Source: an uncultured Nitrospinota bacterium
Lineage (GTDB): Bacteria > Tectomicrobia > Entotheonellia > J063 > CAVPRW01
Direction: 5' to 3'
Length of the DNA stretch: 64,000 bases
Assembly: GCA_963707985.1 (NCBI GenBank)
Contig: CAVPRW010000018.1
Location: forward strand, 128,001-192,000
The notes beneath the pieces were generated by a model. The model was not told the origin of the DNA and made no database searches. It saw nothing but the letters and a program-made list of their open reading frames with translations. Shown here in pieces: positions 33,764 to 45,400 of the stretch. Both the position numbers and the translations under genes were made by a program. Each line of letters begins with the position of its first letter. Within the stretch, counting starts at the first letter, position 1.

Positions 33764-33845
33764 GTTGATCTCTCCGCTCCATAGAAGCCGTTGTATCGGC
33801 GCCCAGACCATGGCGTAGGCTCACCGACAGAGGAAACCACCTGCG

Positions 33846-35927
33846 ATGCCGACCCCGCGCCAGCAACGTCTGAACTATCCGATCGCCCGTATGGACGACG
33901 TTGTGGAAGACTATCACGGCACGCCTGTCGCCGATCCCTACCGCTGGCTTGAGGACGCTACATCGCCCGAAACTCGCGCCTGGGTCGCGGCGCAACAGCG
34001 CCTGACGCGAGCCTTTCTGGATGAGATTCCCGGACGAGAGTCCATCAAAACGCGTTTAACCGAATTATGGGATTATCCTCGCCTCTCCGTGCCGATCAAA
34101 GCCGGGAGCCAATACTTCTTTTCCATCAACGACGGGCTGCAGAATCAGGACGTCCTCTATATGCAACAGGGGCTCGACGGCGAACCAGTCGAGATGTCTC
34201 AATCCGAATCATCTCAGCGACGACGGCACAGTCGCCCTGGTCAATCAGTCCTATAGTCGCGATGGAGCGCTGATGGCCTACGGGCTCTCGCGTCACGGCA
34301 GCGACTGGCAAGAGATGCGGGTGCGTCAGATCGATGCCGCAGAAGATTATCCCGAGGTCCTGCGGTGGTGCAAATTCACTCACCTGGCCTGGACACATGA
34401 CCATGCCGGATTTTTTTACAGTGGCTATGCTACACCCGGAGGTGGACCAGCCCCCGCCGACCAACCGGTGAATCGCTTGTACTGGCACACACTCGGCACA
34501 CCGCAAGCCGATGATCGACTGGTATACGAACGACCGGATCGCCCCGAACTGCAGTTTAACCCCTTTATCACCGACGATGGCACTGTATCTTGTGCTGTAT
34601 GTCTGGCACGGTGCCATTCCGCAAAATCGCATCTACTATCGTGCCGTCGACAGCGACGAACCATTCATTCCCCTCCTGGATGCGGCAGATGCGCATTATG
34701 GGTTTTTGGGCAATGCTGGACAGGTCTTTTACTTTTTGACCAACCTGCATGCCCCACATGGGCGCATCATCGCCATCGATGTCGACCATCCTGCCCCGAA
34801 GCACTGGCAGGAAATCGTCCCATCACAGGCGAACGTCATCGATTTCGCCCGACTCATCAACGACCACCTCGTCGTTGTCTCGCTGCATGATGCGCAGCAC
34901 CAATTGACGCTCTATACCCGAGCGGGCATACACGTGGGCTCCCTCACCTTGCCGATGCCAGGCTCGATCGTGGGTATATCCGGCAAGAGCGACGATGCCC
35001 GAGATGTTTATAGGCATGCAATCGTTTTTACAGCCGACGACGGTCCTGCGTTACGATTTCATGACCGGCGAGCTCACCCCTTTTCACCAACCAGCCTTGA
35101 CCTTCGATGCCTCTCAATTCGAGACGCGACAGATTTTCTATCCGTCGACAGATGGGACGCGTGTGCCGATGTTTCTCCTGCATCGCAAAGGTCTGATCCG
35201 CACCGGCGATCATCCCACACTGCTCTATGGCTATGGCGGGTTTGCGGTGAACCTCACACCCTTTTTCGCCGCGTCAACGCTGTTATGGCTCGAACAGGGG
35301 GGAATCTTTGCAGTCGCCAATCTGCGTGGCGGCAATGAGTACGGCGAAGCCTGGCACCAGGCCGGGATGTTGTCGAACAAGCAACGGGTGTTCGACGATT
35401 TCATCGCGGCAGCCGAGTGGCTCATCCGGGAGCATTACACCAGTGCAGATATGCTCGCCATCATGGGGCGCAGCAACGGCGGGTTGCTGGCTGCCGCCTG
35501 CATGTTGCAGCGCCCAGACCTGTATGGTGCCGTGGTCTGCGGCGTGCCCGTGACTGACATGCTACGCTATCACCGATTTACCTCCGGGCGTTTTTGGGTG
35601 CCGGAATATGGTAACCCTGAAACGAACCCGGAGCATTTCCGTGTTCTCTACGCGTATTCGCCATTGCACAATGTGCAACGCGGGGTGATGTATCCTCCGC
35701 TATTGATCACCACCGGCGATACCGATGACCGCGTGGTCCCATCGCATGCCTTGAAATTTGCTGCCACCTTGCAAGCGGCAGACGCCGGGCAACAGCCGAT
35801 TTTGCTGCGGGTTGACACCCAGGCCGGCCACGGCCTCGGGAAACCCATCGCCAAGCTCATCGCTGAGCAGGGAGATATCTATGCCTTTCTCTGTGATATC
35901 TTCCAGATGACTTCTGATCAGGTCTGA
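33846..35927 (+). CDS. Prolyl oligopeptidase (S9A), broken by frameshifts near 34195, 34585 and 35000
   Basis: VADPYRWLED, GSDW, LYGYGGF, NLRGGNEYG, GRSNGG, DDRVVP and AGHG occur across four consecutive ORF pieces. Confidence 0.9.
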
Positions 35928-36075
35928 ATGTGCTACTTGATAATGGATACCCACTGATCGTTGCATAAAATCATAGGACATTTTCCTATGCTGGGCAAAC
36001 GGCAAACCCAGTACATCAATCAGCATGGCTGGATAGATACCGATGCATCAGGCAGCAAAATATAGGGTCAAAATA

Positions 36076-36105
36076 TTGACAGTAGATGAAACAGAGAAGT
36101 ATCAT
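36076..36105 (+). promoter_or_regulatory. Sigma70-like promoter TTGACA-N18-TATCAT (module 1)
   Basis: Perfect -35 box. The same architecture recurs at 42281 and 48868. Confidence 0.7.
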
Positions 36106-36229
36106 GTGATAATCTGTAAAAAAGGCTTACATGAGGACCACTACATAGGGGTTACCCTAGGCCGGGATCACGGTGAAACCCCTCGATGCCCCGGCACCAG
36201 GGGTCTCTCCCACCAAGGAGGGACGGACC

Positions 36230-39200
36230 ATGGATGTGCTGCCTTCGGCGAATCGCATCAAGCGCCTACCACACCTCGCAAGGACTACTCCCCCGTTCGT
36301 CGGCCGTCAGAGAAGAGCTGAGTTGGTTGGAAAGCATCTTGGAGGAGGTGCTTGCTGGCCAGACACGGCTTGTGTTGCTTCCGGGCGAGGCGGGCATCGG
36401 CAAGACGCGGCTGCTTCAGGAGCTGCGGGCAAATGCCTTGCGCCGTGGCCTGCAAGTGGGCTATGGCCGTGGCTATGAGGACCTGACGCTGCCCTACCTG
36501 TCGTGTATTGAAGTGTTGCACGGCCTGTTAGACCGTTTTCCTCACGACCTGGAACGTACCCTCGGCGATGATGCAGAAGTGATCAACTGGTTTCTGCATA
36601 GACACCAGGCGTCAGCCCACGTCATGAATCCGTCTACCTCAACACAGAGCGAGCGAGATAAGTTGCGGCTGTTTGTCGCGGTGACTCGTACAGTCACGAC
36701 ACTGGCCCAACGCTGCCCAACAATCATCGTCGTCGATGATCTCCATTGGGCAGATCGCTCCTCTATAGACCTCTTCGGTCATCTGGTCTTCACGCTGGCA
36801 GATACAGCGGTGCGAGAGGCAGTCCCACTTCTCATCGTCGGCTCATATAGGCCGGTGGAAGCGGAGGCTCATGTCGCTCATCTGCTTGCCCGGCTGCGAC
36901 GAGAGCAGATCTGTCGAACCTTCACCCTCCCTGGTCTCAATGAGCTCGAGATCCGCGAGTTGGTGCAGGGACTCGGCCTGCTACGCCCATCTCATCAGCT
37001 GATCGCCACGGTCAATGAGACAACCCAGGGCAACCCCTTATTTGTCCAAGAGGTATGCCATCACCTCATACAGCAGGAGGCGATCGAGGAACGGGGTGGG
37101 TACCTGATCACGAGCGCGATGCCTGCTGATCTCCCGCTTCCTACCCAGGTCACAAGCGCTATCGTCGGCCGCGTCGAGAGGCTCGGTGACGGCTGTCGAA
37201 GCGTCCTCACGTTGGCGGCTTTTTTGGGCGATCGTTTCAGTCTCGATGTGCTGGGCGCGGTAAGCGGTATGGGTGAGGACGCCTTGCTGAGCCTGCTGGA
37301 AGAAGGGATGCGCCAGCACTTGCTGCGAAGCGAAGGACAAACGTTTCAGTTCGCCCATCCGTTGATCCGGCATGTGTTTTATCACGAGCCCAGCGCGCCA
37401 CGACGACAGCGTATCCATCAACAGATCGCTACCACCCTGGAGCGTATCCACGGTGATAGCCTTGAGGCGCACGTGTTGGAGATCGCTCATCATTTGGTGA
37501 GAGCCTTGCCTGCCGCCGATGTGACGACTGTGACAAAATATGCCCGCCAGGCGGGCAATCAGGCCTTCTCGGTGTTCGCCTGGAGTGAAGCAACGCGTTA
37601 TTACGAGGTGGTGCTAAAGGTTGCGCAGACAAACAGCTTCTTGACGATTCAGAATCGGGCAGATCTGCATTGCCTGGCGGCGCTTGCCTGCCTCTGGGAT
37701 GGGGACGTGGGCCCCTGCCGTGACCACTACGAAAAAGCCATCGCAGGCTATCGCGAGATCGGTGACATGCCTGGATTGGCGCAAGCCCTCATGGTCCAGG
37801 CGCGGAGCTATAATTCCGCCGTTGCCTATGGCATGTTGGGAGACCTTCAGCCGCTCGAGCAGACCCTCGACATGTTGGGCAAAAGCGAGCCTGAGCTGCG
37901 CTGCAGCATCTTGATCGGCATGTCTGAGGTCTATTGGGTGGCCAGACAGCCCGATAAGGCGGCAGAGATGGCCCAGCGTGCGCTAGAGATCGGGCGAGAC
38001 CTCAAGCATGACCACCTCTGCGCGCTGGCCAGTTTTGAGTTGGGAATCTCACGCAATCAAGAGCTATACGTGGAGGAAGCGCTGGAACACTATCGGCAGG
38101 CCCGAGTCTATGCCCAGCGGGTCAACGATCGTTGGTTTGATGGGTGGCTCCTGCACCGCATCCCCACAGCACTCATTCTATTGGGGCGGTTCGATGAGGC
38201 AGAAACGATCGCTCAAGAGGCGTACGAATCAGCGTTGCAAACGAACAATTGGCGACACTACTCGCTCACCCTCGGCGCCGTGGCATGCACGGCCCTTGCC
38301 AGAGGGGATTTTCGGACCGTGGAACGCCATGGTCATGAAGCGATGGGGATTGTGACTCGGTCTCGTTTTCCTTTCGGCGGTGCGATGGCCCTGCAAGCGC
38401 TGGCCTGTGCGCACGCTCTTCGGGGAGCATATGCAGAGGCTGAGAGCGCGCTCGACAAGCTTGTGGAACCCGGATGCGTCTTTGAAAAACCAGGGCGATC
38501 TTACAAGGCGATCGCGACGGTCTTGCGTCATCTGGTGCAGGTGTATCAGAGCGACCCCGAGGCTCGCCCGACCTCCTACACGGCCACTGTCGCAAGCATG
38601 GTCACACAAGAGCGGTTCGACGCCACACTGCTGCCCGCCTACTGCGCTCTCGTGGAATTAGCCGCGATCGACATGGCCCCCCTAGTGGCCGAACCACTCT
38701 ATGGCGTGTTGCGATCGGTCGCCGAACGGGATGTCGTCTTCTCCCGTGGCTGGGTGTTTCTGATCCCACGCATCCTCGGCGTAGCTGCAACCACGAACTC
38801 CTGGTGGGAGCGCGCAGAACAGCATTTCAAGACGGCCATAGACATTGCGCTCAATGTGAACGCGCGGCCTGAGCTGGGACGGACATACCTGGATTACGCC
38901 TATATGCTGGTCGCTCGCAGACACAAAGGTGATCGGTCGCGGGCCGTGGCTCTCGTCAGCCAGGCTGACCTCATCTTTCACGAACTCGGCATGGGTCCCT
39001 TTGCCCGCGACGCAGCCCTGCTTGCCGAGAGGCTTCAGCGCCGCAGAGCTCCGGCCCGCCAGGTGTATACTGCCTCCTCGCAAAATCTCGATGATCATTC
39101 CATGAGGACAGGCACGGGGCAGGCTTTCCGCATCATCCTCGTGACTGACGTGGAGGGTTCCACGGCTCTTCTGCAGCGCTTGGGTGATGAGAAGAGCCTT

Positions 39201-39635
39201 GAGATCCTCCGCGTCCACAATGCCCTGATCCGCGCGTGTCTGTCTCGTCACGACGGCACAGAGATCACCCATACTGACGATGGCTTCGAAGCGTCTTTCC
39301 TTTCTTCCTCCAGTGCCGTCGCATGCGCTGTGGCCATCCAGCAGGCTTTTGCACAGTATAGTCGAGAACACCCTGAGCACCCCATCCGCGTACGAATTGG
39401 TCTTAACGCAGGCGAACCCATTTCCATGGAAGGTCAACTGTTTGGTACGGCCGTCCACACAGCCTTCCGCATCTGCACGCGGGCCAGGCCTGAGCAGATC
39501 CTCGCCTCCGACGTCATTCGCCAGCTCGCCGCTGGGAAAGGCTTCGTCTTCGTCGATCGTGGCCGAGTGAGTCTCAAAGGCCTTCTGACTCCGGTCCGTT
39601 TATATGAAGTGCAATGGGGAAATGAGCATACGTAG
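36230..39635 (+). CDS. STAND-type AAA ATPase + TPR-like helical region + C-terminal class III nucleotidyl cyclase domain (frameshift near 36310)
   Basis: PPFVGR in the ATG-36230 frame, then GEAGIGKT, VVDDLHWAD, GNPLFV and FAHPLIR. Cyclase motifs TDVEGST and RVRIGLNAGE. Confidence 0.88.
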
Positions 39636-39734
39636 GGGGAGGCGTTTGGGCCTCAACTGAAGAGCTTGCAATACGCCATCCTCGTGCCAGCGTGACGCAA
39701 GGTTATTACCAATTGGGAGAAAAAGGAGGATGAT

Positions 39735-40307
39735 ATGGGCGAAACACCGGCGTTCATGCGCAAGGGGGATTTCTTCCAGAAAATGGATGAAATATCGCAA
39801 AGCCCCGCGAGTCGCAGTGCGTTCCTTGCCGCCCTTAACGATACCAGTACCTGGCCGGATTATGTGGCACTTCTGTGTCATTTTGGCATCGTTCAGCCCA
39901 ATTCTCCCCACGAAGCACACCTTCGTAAACACTGGTTTCCTATCGACCCCTATGCTCCAGACGTTTGGTGGCCGGAATCGCAGCCCATTGAGCCGATCAT
40001 GCGGCAAGGGTACGCCAGAGCCTTCGAGGAAGCGGATGTGCGGGGATTGTGTATCGATGGTTACTGGCTCAGCACTGGGACGCGGGTTGCCGTGGGGATC
40101 GGCGTGAATGAAGCGCAGGGGAAGGTCACCCTGATTCGGGTAACGCCTCCCTGTCCGACTTACAGGCCGGATACCAGTCTCATTGCTGTTGTCGAGTTCA
40201 AGGGAAACAAGACCCCAGGGGGGATCATCGAGACCACCACGGTCGTTGGGCCTCCCGATGTCCCGTACTCATGGACCCAGACGGTGAAAGAACGTCGCTT
40301 AGGATAA
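39735..40307 (+). CDS. Hypothetical WWPxxQP-motif protein, paralog 1
   Basis: RBS AAGGAGG. Shares ordered motifs with 46140-46802. Confidence 0.75.
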   Translation: MGETPAFMRKGDFFQKMDEISQSPASRSAFLAALNDTSTWPDYVALLCHFGIVQPNSPHEAHLRKHWFPIDPYAPDVWWPESQPIEPIMRQGYARAFEEADVRGLCIDGYWLSTGTRVAVGIGVNEAQGKVTLIRVTPPCPTYRPDTSLIAVVEFKGNKTPGGIIETTTVVGPPDVPYSWTQTVKERRLG

Positions 40308-40455
40308 TAGGATAGGTAAGGCAAGGACGAGGGGGATTGCCCGGTCAGGCGGAACCGACACGGGGCGCCTCGCAATCGGGTCAGGTCGCGTCAGTATACA
40401 TACCTGAGGCGTGCAGCACGTCATGGTCGATGTCGGCTATGCCGACCAGGCAACG

Positions 40456-41919
40456 CTAACGGGTGGAACGCCGGGCACGACAAGCGGTCAGAAAGGGAAT
40501 ACTCGGGGCAAAAAAGAATTCGCCCCCTTTCAGGGTGACATAGTTTCCAAAATCGAGGGGCTTTGTCTCTGGTTTTCCCCATTCCACTGGCCACTGGAAT
40601 GCTTTAGCACGTGCACCGGACGTTCGTTGCCCGATGATTGGATCGCGTCCGGTTGCATCTTTGGCAAAACACGGGTTTCCCGCCCACATTTTCTGCATCC
40701 AGGCAAATTGGTTGGCGATGCTGTGCTGGAAGCACATGAACAGCAAACCCACGCCATACTGCGGAGCATCCCGTAGATCGTGGCGACGCCTTCCGTATGT
40801 CATTCCCCGTCGCACGATGCGATGTCGGCGCTCGGCATCAGTGGAAGCATTTCGCCCCGTGACTGTGTCACCCCTTGGGTTCACCTTCCGGATGTGGGCA
40901 TGAAACGGGCACTGCAGCCCCTGCGCATCGTCAGCATAGGTGAAGTTATTGGCCCGCGCCAAGTCCATCCCGTCTTGCTGGGAGAGCGTGACAGGCGTGC
41001 CGTCTCGAAAACGTCCAACCACCATCGCTCCGGCCCTCTCTTGATCCAACTCCGGTAACTCGAGGGCACGTGCCAGTGCCTGTTCGGCCGTCCGGAACCC
41101 TTTGACGTTCTGTTCCAGCTTCCGAAACACCAGGTAACTGCCGAAACAGTCCTCCTCATCGACGTTCGGGTCCGGTACCAGCACCAGATCCAATGGGGCT
41201 GCGGGGTCCCATTCCCATGTCGTGATGCCGGCCTTACGCGCCTCTGTATCAAGGTCTTGTTTGAAAAACAGGGGTTGACTTCGTCCGTCGGCGTAACCGA
41301 AGTGTTCAATGGCTTTACCGGCAGCGTTTCTCAGGACCGCACCATACTCTTCGGTCAGCAGATCGGCAACCCCCTGGAGGCTATCGAGGATCCTTGCCGT
41401 CGCCATCTGTAGGTGTTGTGGATCGTCATCCGCCAGCAAGATCATGGCGTGAATGCGCCGCCCTTGATAGCCCACATCCCAGGTTGAGGGCGGGAGGTCA
41501 TGTAATTCACCACCCGCGGCCTCCATGCCGGCTCGGAAGGTCACGGGTGTTTCATCGCCTTCGCTGAAGCGACGCTCAAGCTCGGCTGTCGTCAAACCCA
41601 GCAGGTGCTCATACCCGGCGGCCGTCAGAAACAGGTTACCGAATAAGCGACTGTGGGTCGTTTGCCGCTTGTGCACGCTGCTATCAGCAAGTTGCTGTCG
41701 CGCCGATGTGACATAGTCCTTCGCGAAATTCCGCATCCAGGTGGCGACGGCCTGCGGCTCAGCGGTGAATCCCACGCACAGATGGACGGTATGATCTCGT
41801 CCATGCCCCTTGAGAATATTGCCTTGTAAGTTCTCCAGCATGTTCCGGTACTTCACCGCTCTGTGGTTGATACGAGTCTCTGCTAAGTCAATGGGTATGC
41901 AAACCGCTCCTCTGTCCAC
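40456..41919 (-). CDS. Dye-decolorizing (DyP-type) heme peroxidase, paralog 1
   Basis: Motifs LQGNILKGHGR, EHFGYADGRSQP (GxxDG), HIRKVNPRG, IVRRG and GLLFMCFQ. GTG start after AAGGAGG. Confidence 0.92.
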   Translation of the reverse strand: MDRGAVCIPIDLAETRINHRAVKYRNMLENLQGNILKGHGRDHTVHLCVGFTAEPQAVATWMRNFAKDYVTSARQQLADSSVHKRQTTHSRLFGNLFLTAAGYEHLLGLTTAELERRFSEGDETPVTFRAGMEAAGGELHDLPPSTWDVGYQGRRIHAMILLADDDPQHLQMATARILDSLQGVADLLTEEYGAVLRNAAGKAIEHFGYADGRSQPLFFKQDLDTEARKAGITTWEWDPAAPLDLVLVPDPNVDEEDCFGSYLVFRKLEQNVKGFRTAEQALARALELPELDQERAGAMVVGRFRDGTPVTLSQQDGMDLARANNFTYADDAQGLQCPFHAHIRKVNPRGDTVTGRNASTDAERRHRIVRRGMTYGRRRHDLRDAPQYGVGLLFMCFQHSIANQFAWMQKMWAGNPCFAKDATGRDPIIGQRTSGARAKAFQWPVEWGKPETKPLDFGNYVTLKGGEFFFAPSIPFLTACRARRSTR

Positions 41920-42280
41920 ATGCACCTCCTTCTCCACTCGTGTCGCACCCACGTCCGGCCTGGCTTTCTGAGCAAGGGCCATACCAACTGAGGCCCACAA
42001 CAGCCATACTCTGCTTCAGCGGGGATGTGACTTGGGAGCAGATCATCATGTACCCGGCAAGGAATGCGCAGATTTCAGCAATGCGCCGCGCTTGCCGTGT
42101 TTGATGAGACAGAAATCAGATGAATTTTCGGACGTTATGAGCGCTGTCCAGCACTGATCACAATGGTTAGCTCTGCGCAGCCCGCAAGCGTACCTCCGTC
42201 GTCGAGTCCATCCAGCTCGCTCCTCGTCCTCGCAACGGTCTTCCCGTCGTTCACCGTGGCCCTGTGGTCCAGACAAAAAA

Positions 42281-42310
42281 TTGACATGTGCGAATCCTGG
42301 GCATTACCAT
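42281..42310 (+). promoter_or_regulatory. Sigma70-like promoter TTGACA-N18-TACCAT (module 2)
   Basis: Same spacing as 36076 and followed by the same GTGA. Confidence 0.7.
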
Positions 42311-42431
42311 GTGAGAGCTACAGCCTTTGGCCCTGGGGCCGGGCATCACTGCGACATGGAGGTATTCCGGGGTGGAGAGGGTCCACTGGTATCGTGGCTC
42401 GAACCCCTCTGCGGGGAAGAGAGAAGCGGCA

Positions 42432-45400
42432 ATGGACAGCCAATCCGAGGTAGACCTTGGCACCAGCCTGGCCAGCCTGGTGCGTGTCTCCCCTCCCTTT
42501 GTCGGCCGCCGCCAAGAGCTCGATTGGTTGATCCGCGGCCTTACAGAAGCGATAGGCGGCCAGCCGCGACTGATACTCATGCCCGGCGAGGCAGGTATCG
42601 GCAAAACCCGACTGCTGCTGGAAGTGCAAGCGGAGGCTCGGCGTCGTGGCATGCTGGTTGGTCTCGGCCGTTGCTATGAAGACTTGGCGCTCCCATACTT
42701 GCCCTTTGTCGGGGCCTGGCGCACGCTGATTGAGCAAGTACCGCAGGATGTGGCTCGAGCCCTCGGCTCGGACCTGGAGGTTATCCACCGGCTCGTTCCC
42801 CAAGACGTGACTCCTGCCCGCGGCGTTCATCCGCTCACCGCGACGGAGGCCGACCAAGATACACTGGAGATGTTTCTCGGGGTGTCACGCGCCACGATCA
42901 AACTGGCACGGCACTGTGCAATCTTTTTCATCGTTGATGATTTGCACTGGGCCGATCAGTCTTCCCTCGATCTGTTCGGTCACCTGGTATTCACCGTCGC
43001 CGATATGGCTAGTCGGGAACCAGTACCGCTCCTCATCATCGCCACCTACCGGCAGGTAGAGCCGGAGACCCGCGTGGCCCGCCTGATTGCGCGCTTCGAG
43101 CGCGAGCAGCTCTGCCAGACCCTGGCGCTTCCAGGTCTCGACGAGTCGGAGGTCCGCCAGCTCATCGGGGGTCTGGGCTTGGTGCGCCCGTCCCAGCAGT
43201 TGACCGCTACGGTCAGCGCAGCCACGCGAGGAAATCCCTTGTTCATCCAGGAGGTCCTGCACCATCTGGTCAAGCAGGACGCGCTTCAGCGACGGGGCGG
43301 GTATCTGGTCACCACCACCTCGCCAGCAGACCTCCAACTCCCCGAGGATGTGATGGGTGCCCTCATCCTCCGCACTCATAGGCTTAGTAAAGGCTGCCGT
43401 ACGATCCTCAAACTCGCCTCGTTCCTGGGCGAGAGTTTTTCGTTGCAGGTCCTCTGTGCGTTGAGTGGCAAGAGTGAAGAGGAGGTGCTGGAGCTCTTGG
43501 AGGAAGGAATGCACCAGCGCATACTCCTAAGCGACGGACTCCTCTTCCAATTCACTCACCCGCTGATCAGACATGTCTTCTACGCTGATCCAAGTGTGGC
43601 ACGGCGCCAGCGCATCCACCTGCAAATCGTCGAGACCTTACAGCGCCTGTATGCTGACGGTCTGGATACGCATCTGCTGGACATCGCCCATCACCTTGTC
43701 AGAGCGGGCCAGGCGGCCAATGCGGACACGGTGGTGACGTATGCTCGACGAGCTGGTGACCAAGCTTTCAGAATCTTCGCCTGGGCAGACGCCGCCTCCT
43801 ATTATGAAGCTGCACTAGCGGCCGTCGAGTCCTCCGGTCGCCTCTCAGTCCGCGACCGAGCAGAGTTGCACTATTGGGCCGGGCGCGCCCGCCACCGGGA
43901 CCAAGATGTGGGCCCCTGTCTGGCCCATTATGAACAGGCAGCCGAAGCCTATAGGCAGGCCGACGATGCGCGCGGCTTAGCACGCGTATTGATGGAAAAA
44001 GCTGAGATCCAATATACGCTCGCGTCTGTCCCGCTCGGCACCTTGCCGAATTTACAGCCGCTGGAAGACATCCTGGCCGCTCTGGGAGAAGGCGAACCGG
44101 CGCTTCGTGGACAGATCTTCGCCATCATGGCCCAGGTCTACCGAAACGCGCGCCAGGGCGATAAAGCTGAAGGGATGGCTCGCCGGGCGTTGGAGATCGG
44201 TCAACGTCTGGGAGATCACCATCTTAGCGCCCGAGCGAGTTCCGCCCTGGCCCTGGCCCAGTTGAATGATGGGCAGATCAAGGCAGCGCTGGAAAGTTAC
44301 CGGAGCGCTTTTGCCTATGCCCGTCGGACCGATGATCTCTGGCTGCAAGGGTGGCCATTGCAACGCATGCCGTTGCCGCTCATCGTGCTGGGGCAATTGG
44401 ATGAAGCCGAGCAAGTGGCGCAGGAGGCCTGCGCCCTGACGCGCACGACTCATGACTGGGGCGATCTCTCCGTGGCCTCATCGCATTTGGCGTCGATTGC
44501 CGTCGTGAGAGGGCAGTTCGAAGCCACCGAAAAACAGGCGCAGGAGACGGTGCTGATGGTCTACCGCTCTGGCTATTTTTGGGGCGGCGTACGTGCCCTC
44601 TTCGCTCTCGCCTGCGCGCGGGCCCTGCGCGGCGCCTGGGCCGAGGCTGAGGATGCGCTCGACCTGCTGGTGCATCCAGAACATCCCTTTCACGAAGCCG
44701 GTCCAGCCTTCCATGCCTTTGCCCAGGCCTTTCGCCGGCTTGTCCGGCTGTATTCGGGGACTGTCGAGCCTGACATCGAGCCGTTTGCTGCCGAACTGCT
44801 GCGCGTCGTGAGGTCCGATACCTATTCGCTGGCCCCGCTCTGTGCCTTAGTAGAACTGGGCGACGGCATTCGAGCCCCGCAGCTCGTTGAGTCCGCGCAG
44901 CAAGTCCTGTCGCAGGCGGCGGCGCGCGGAGTGGTGTTTTCGAGTGGATGGATGTTCCTCATCCCACGCATCCTCGGTGTCGCTGCCACGCTGCACCGTG
45001 AGTGGGGGGCGGCAGAGGCGCACTTTCGCGAAGCCATCGAGCTGGCGAGTCGGGCGCGTGCAAGGCCTGAACTCGGACGTGCGTATCTGGACTATGCACG
45101 ACTGCTGGTCTCGCGCCGCCGCAGGGGGGACCGCCAGCGCGCCATAGGGTTAGTCGAACAGGCAAGAGGTGTCTTTACAGAGCTGGGTATGGAACCGTTC
45201 ATGCTACGCGCCGCGCAGCTGGTCAAACCGCGTCAGGCGAGCCCATCGTTACCACAACGTCGCGCCGTCGCCTCGCCAAAGACGTTGAGTCCGATGGAGG
45301 TCGAAGTGCTCCTGCAAACGGCACAAGGGCGCACGCTGCAGGAGATCGCCACGGCGTTGATGTTGAGCCCACGCACAGTCGCTCGCCATGTGAGCACCAT

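Noticed and set aside
35990..36045. GGGCAAAC motif suggesting a c-di-GMP-I riboswitch upstream of the cyclase module
   Set aside because: It lacks the GNRA-capped P2 stem and the ACGCAAAG/GCC segment, and it lies upstream of the predicted promoter.
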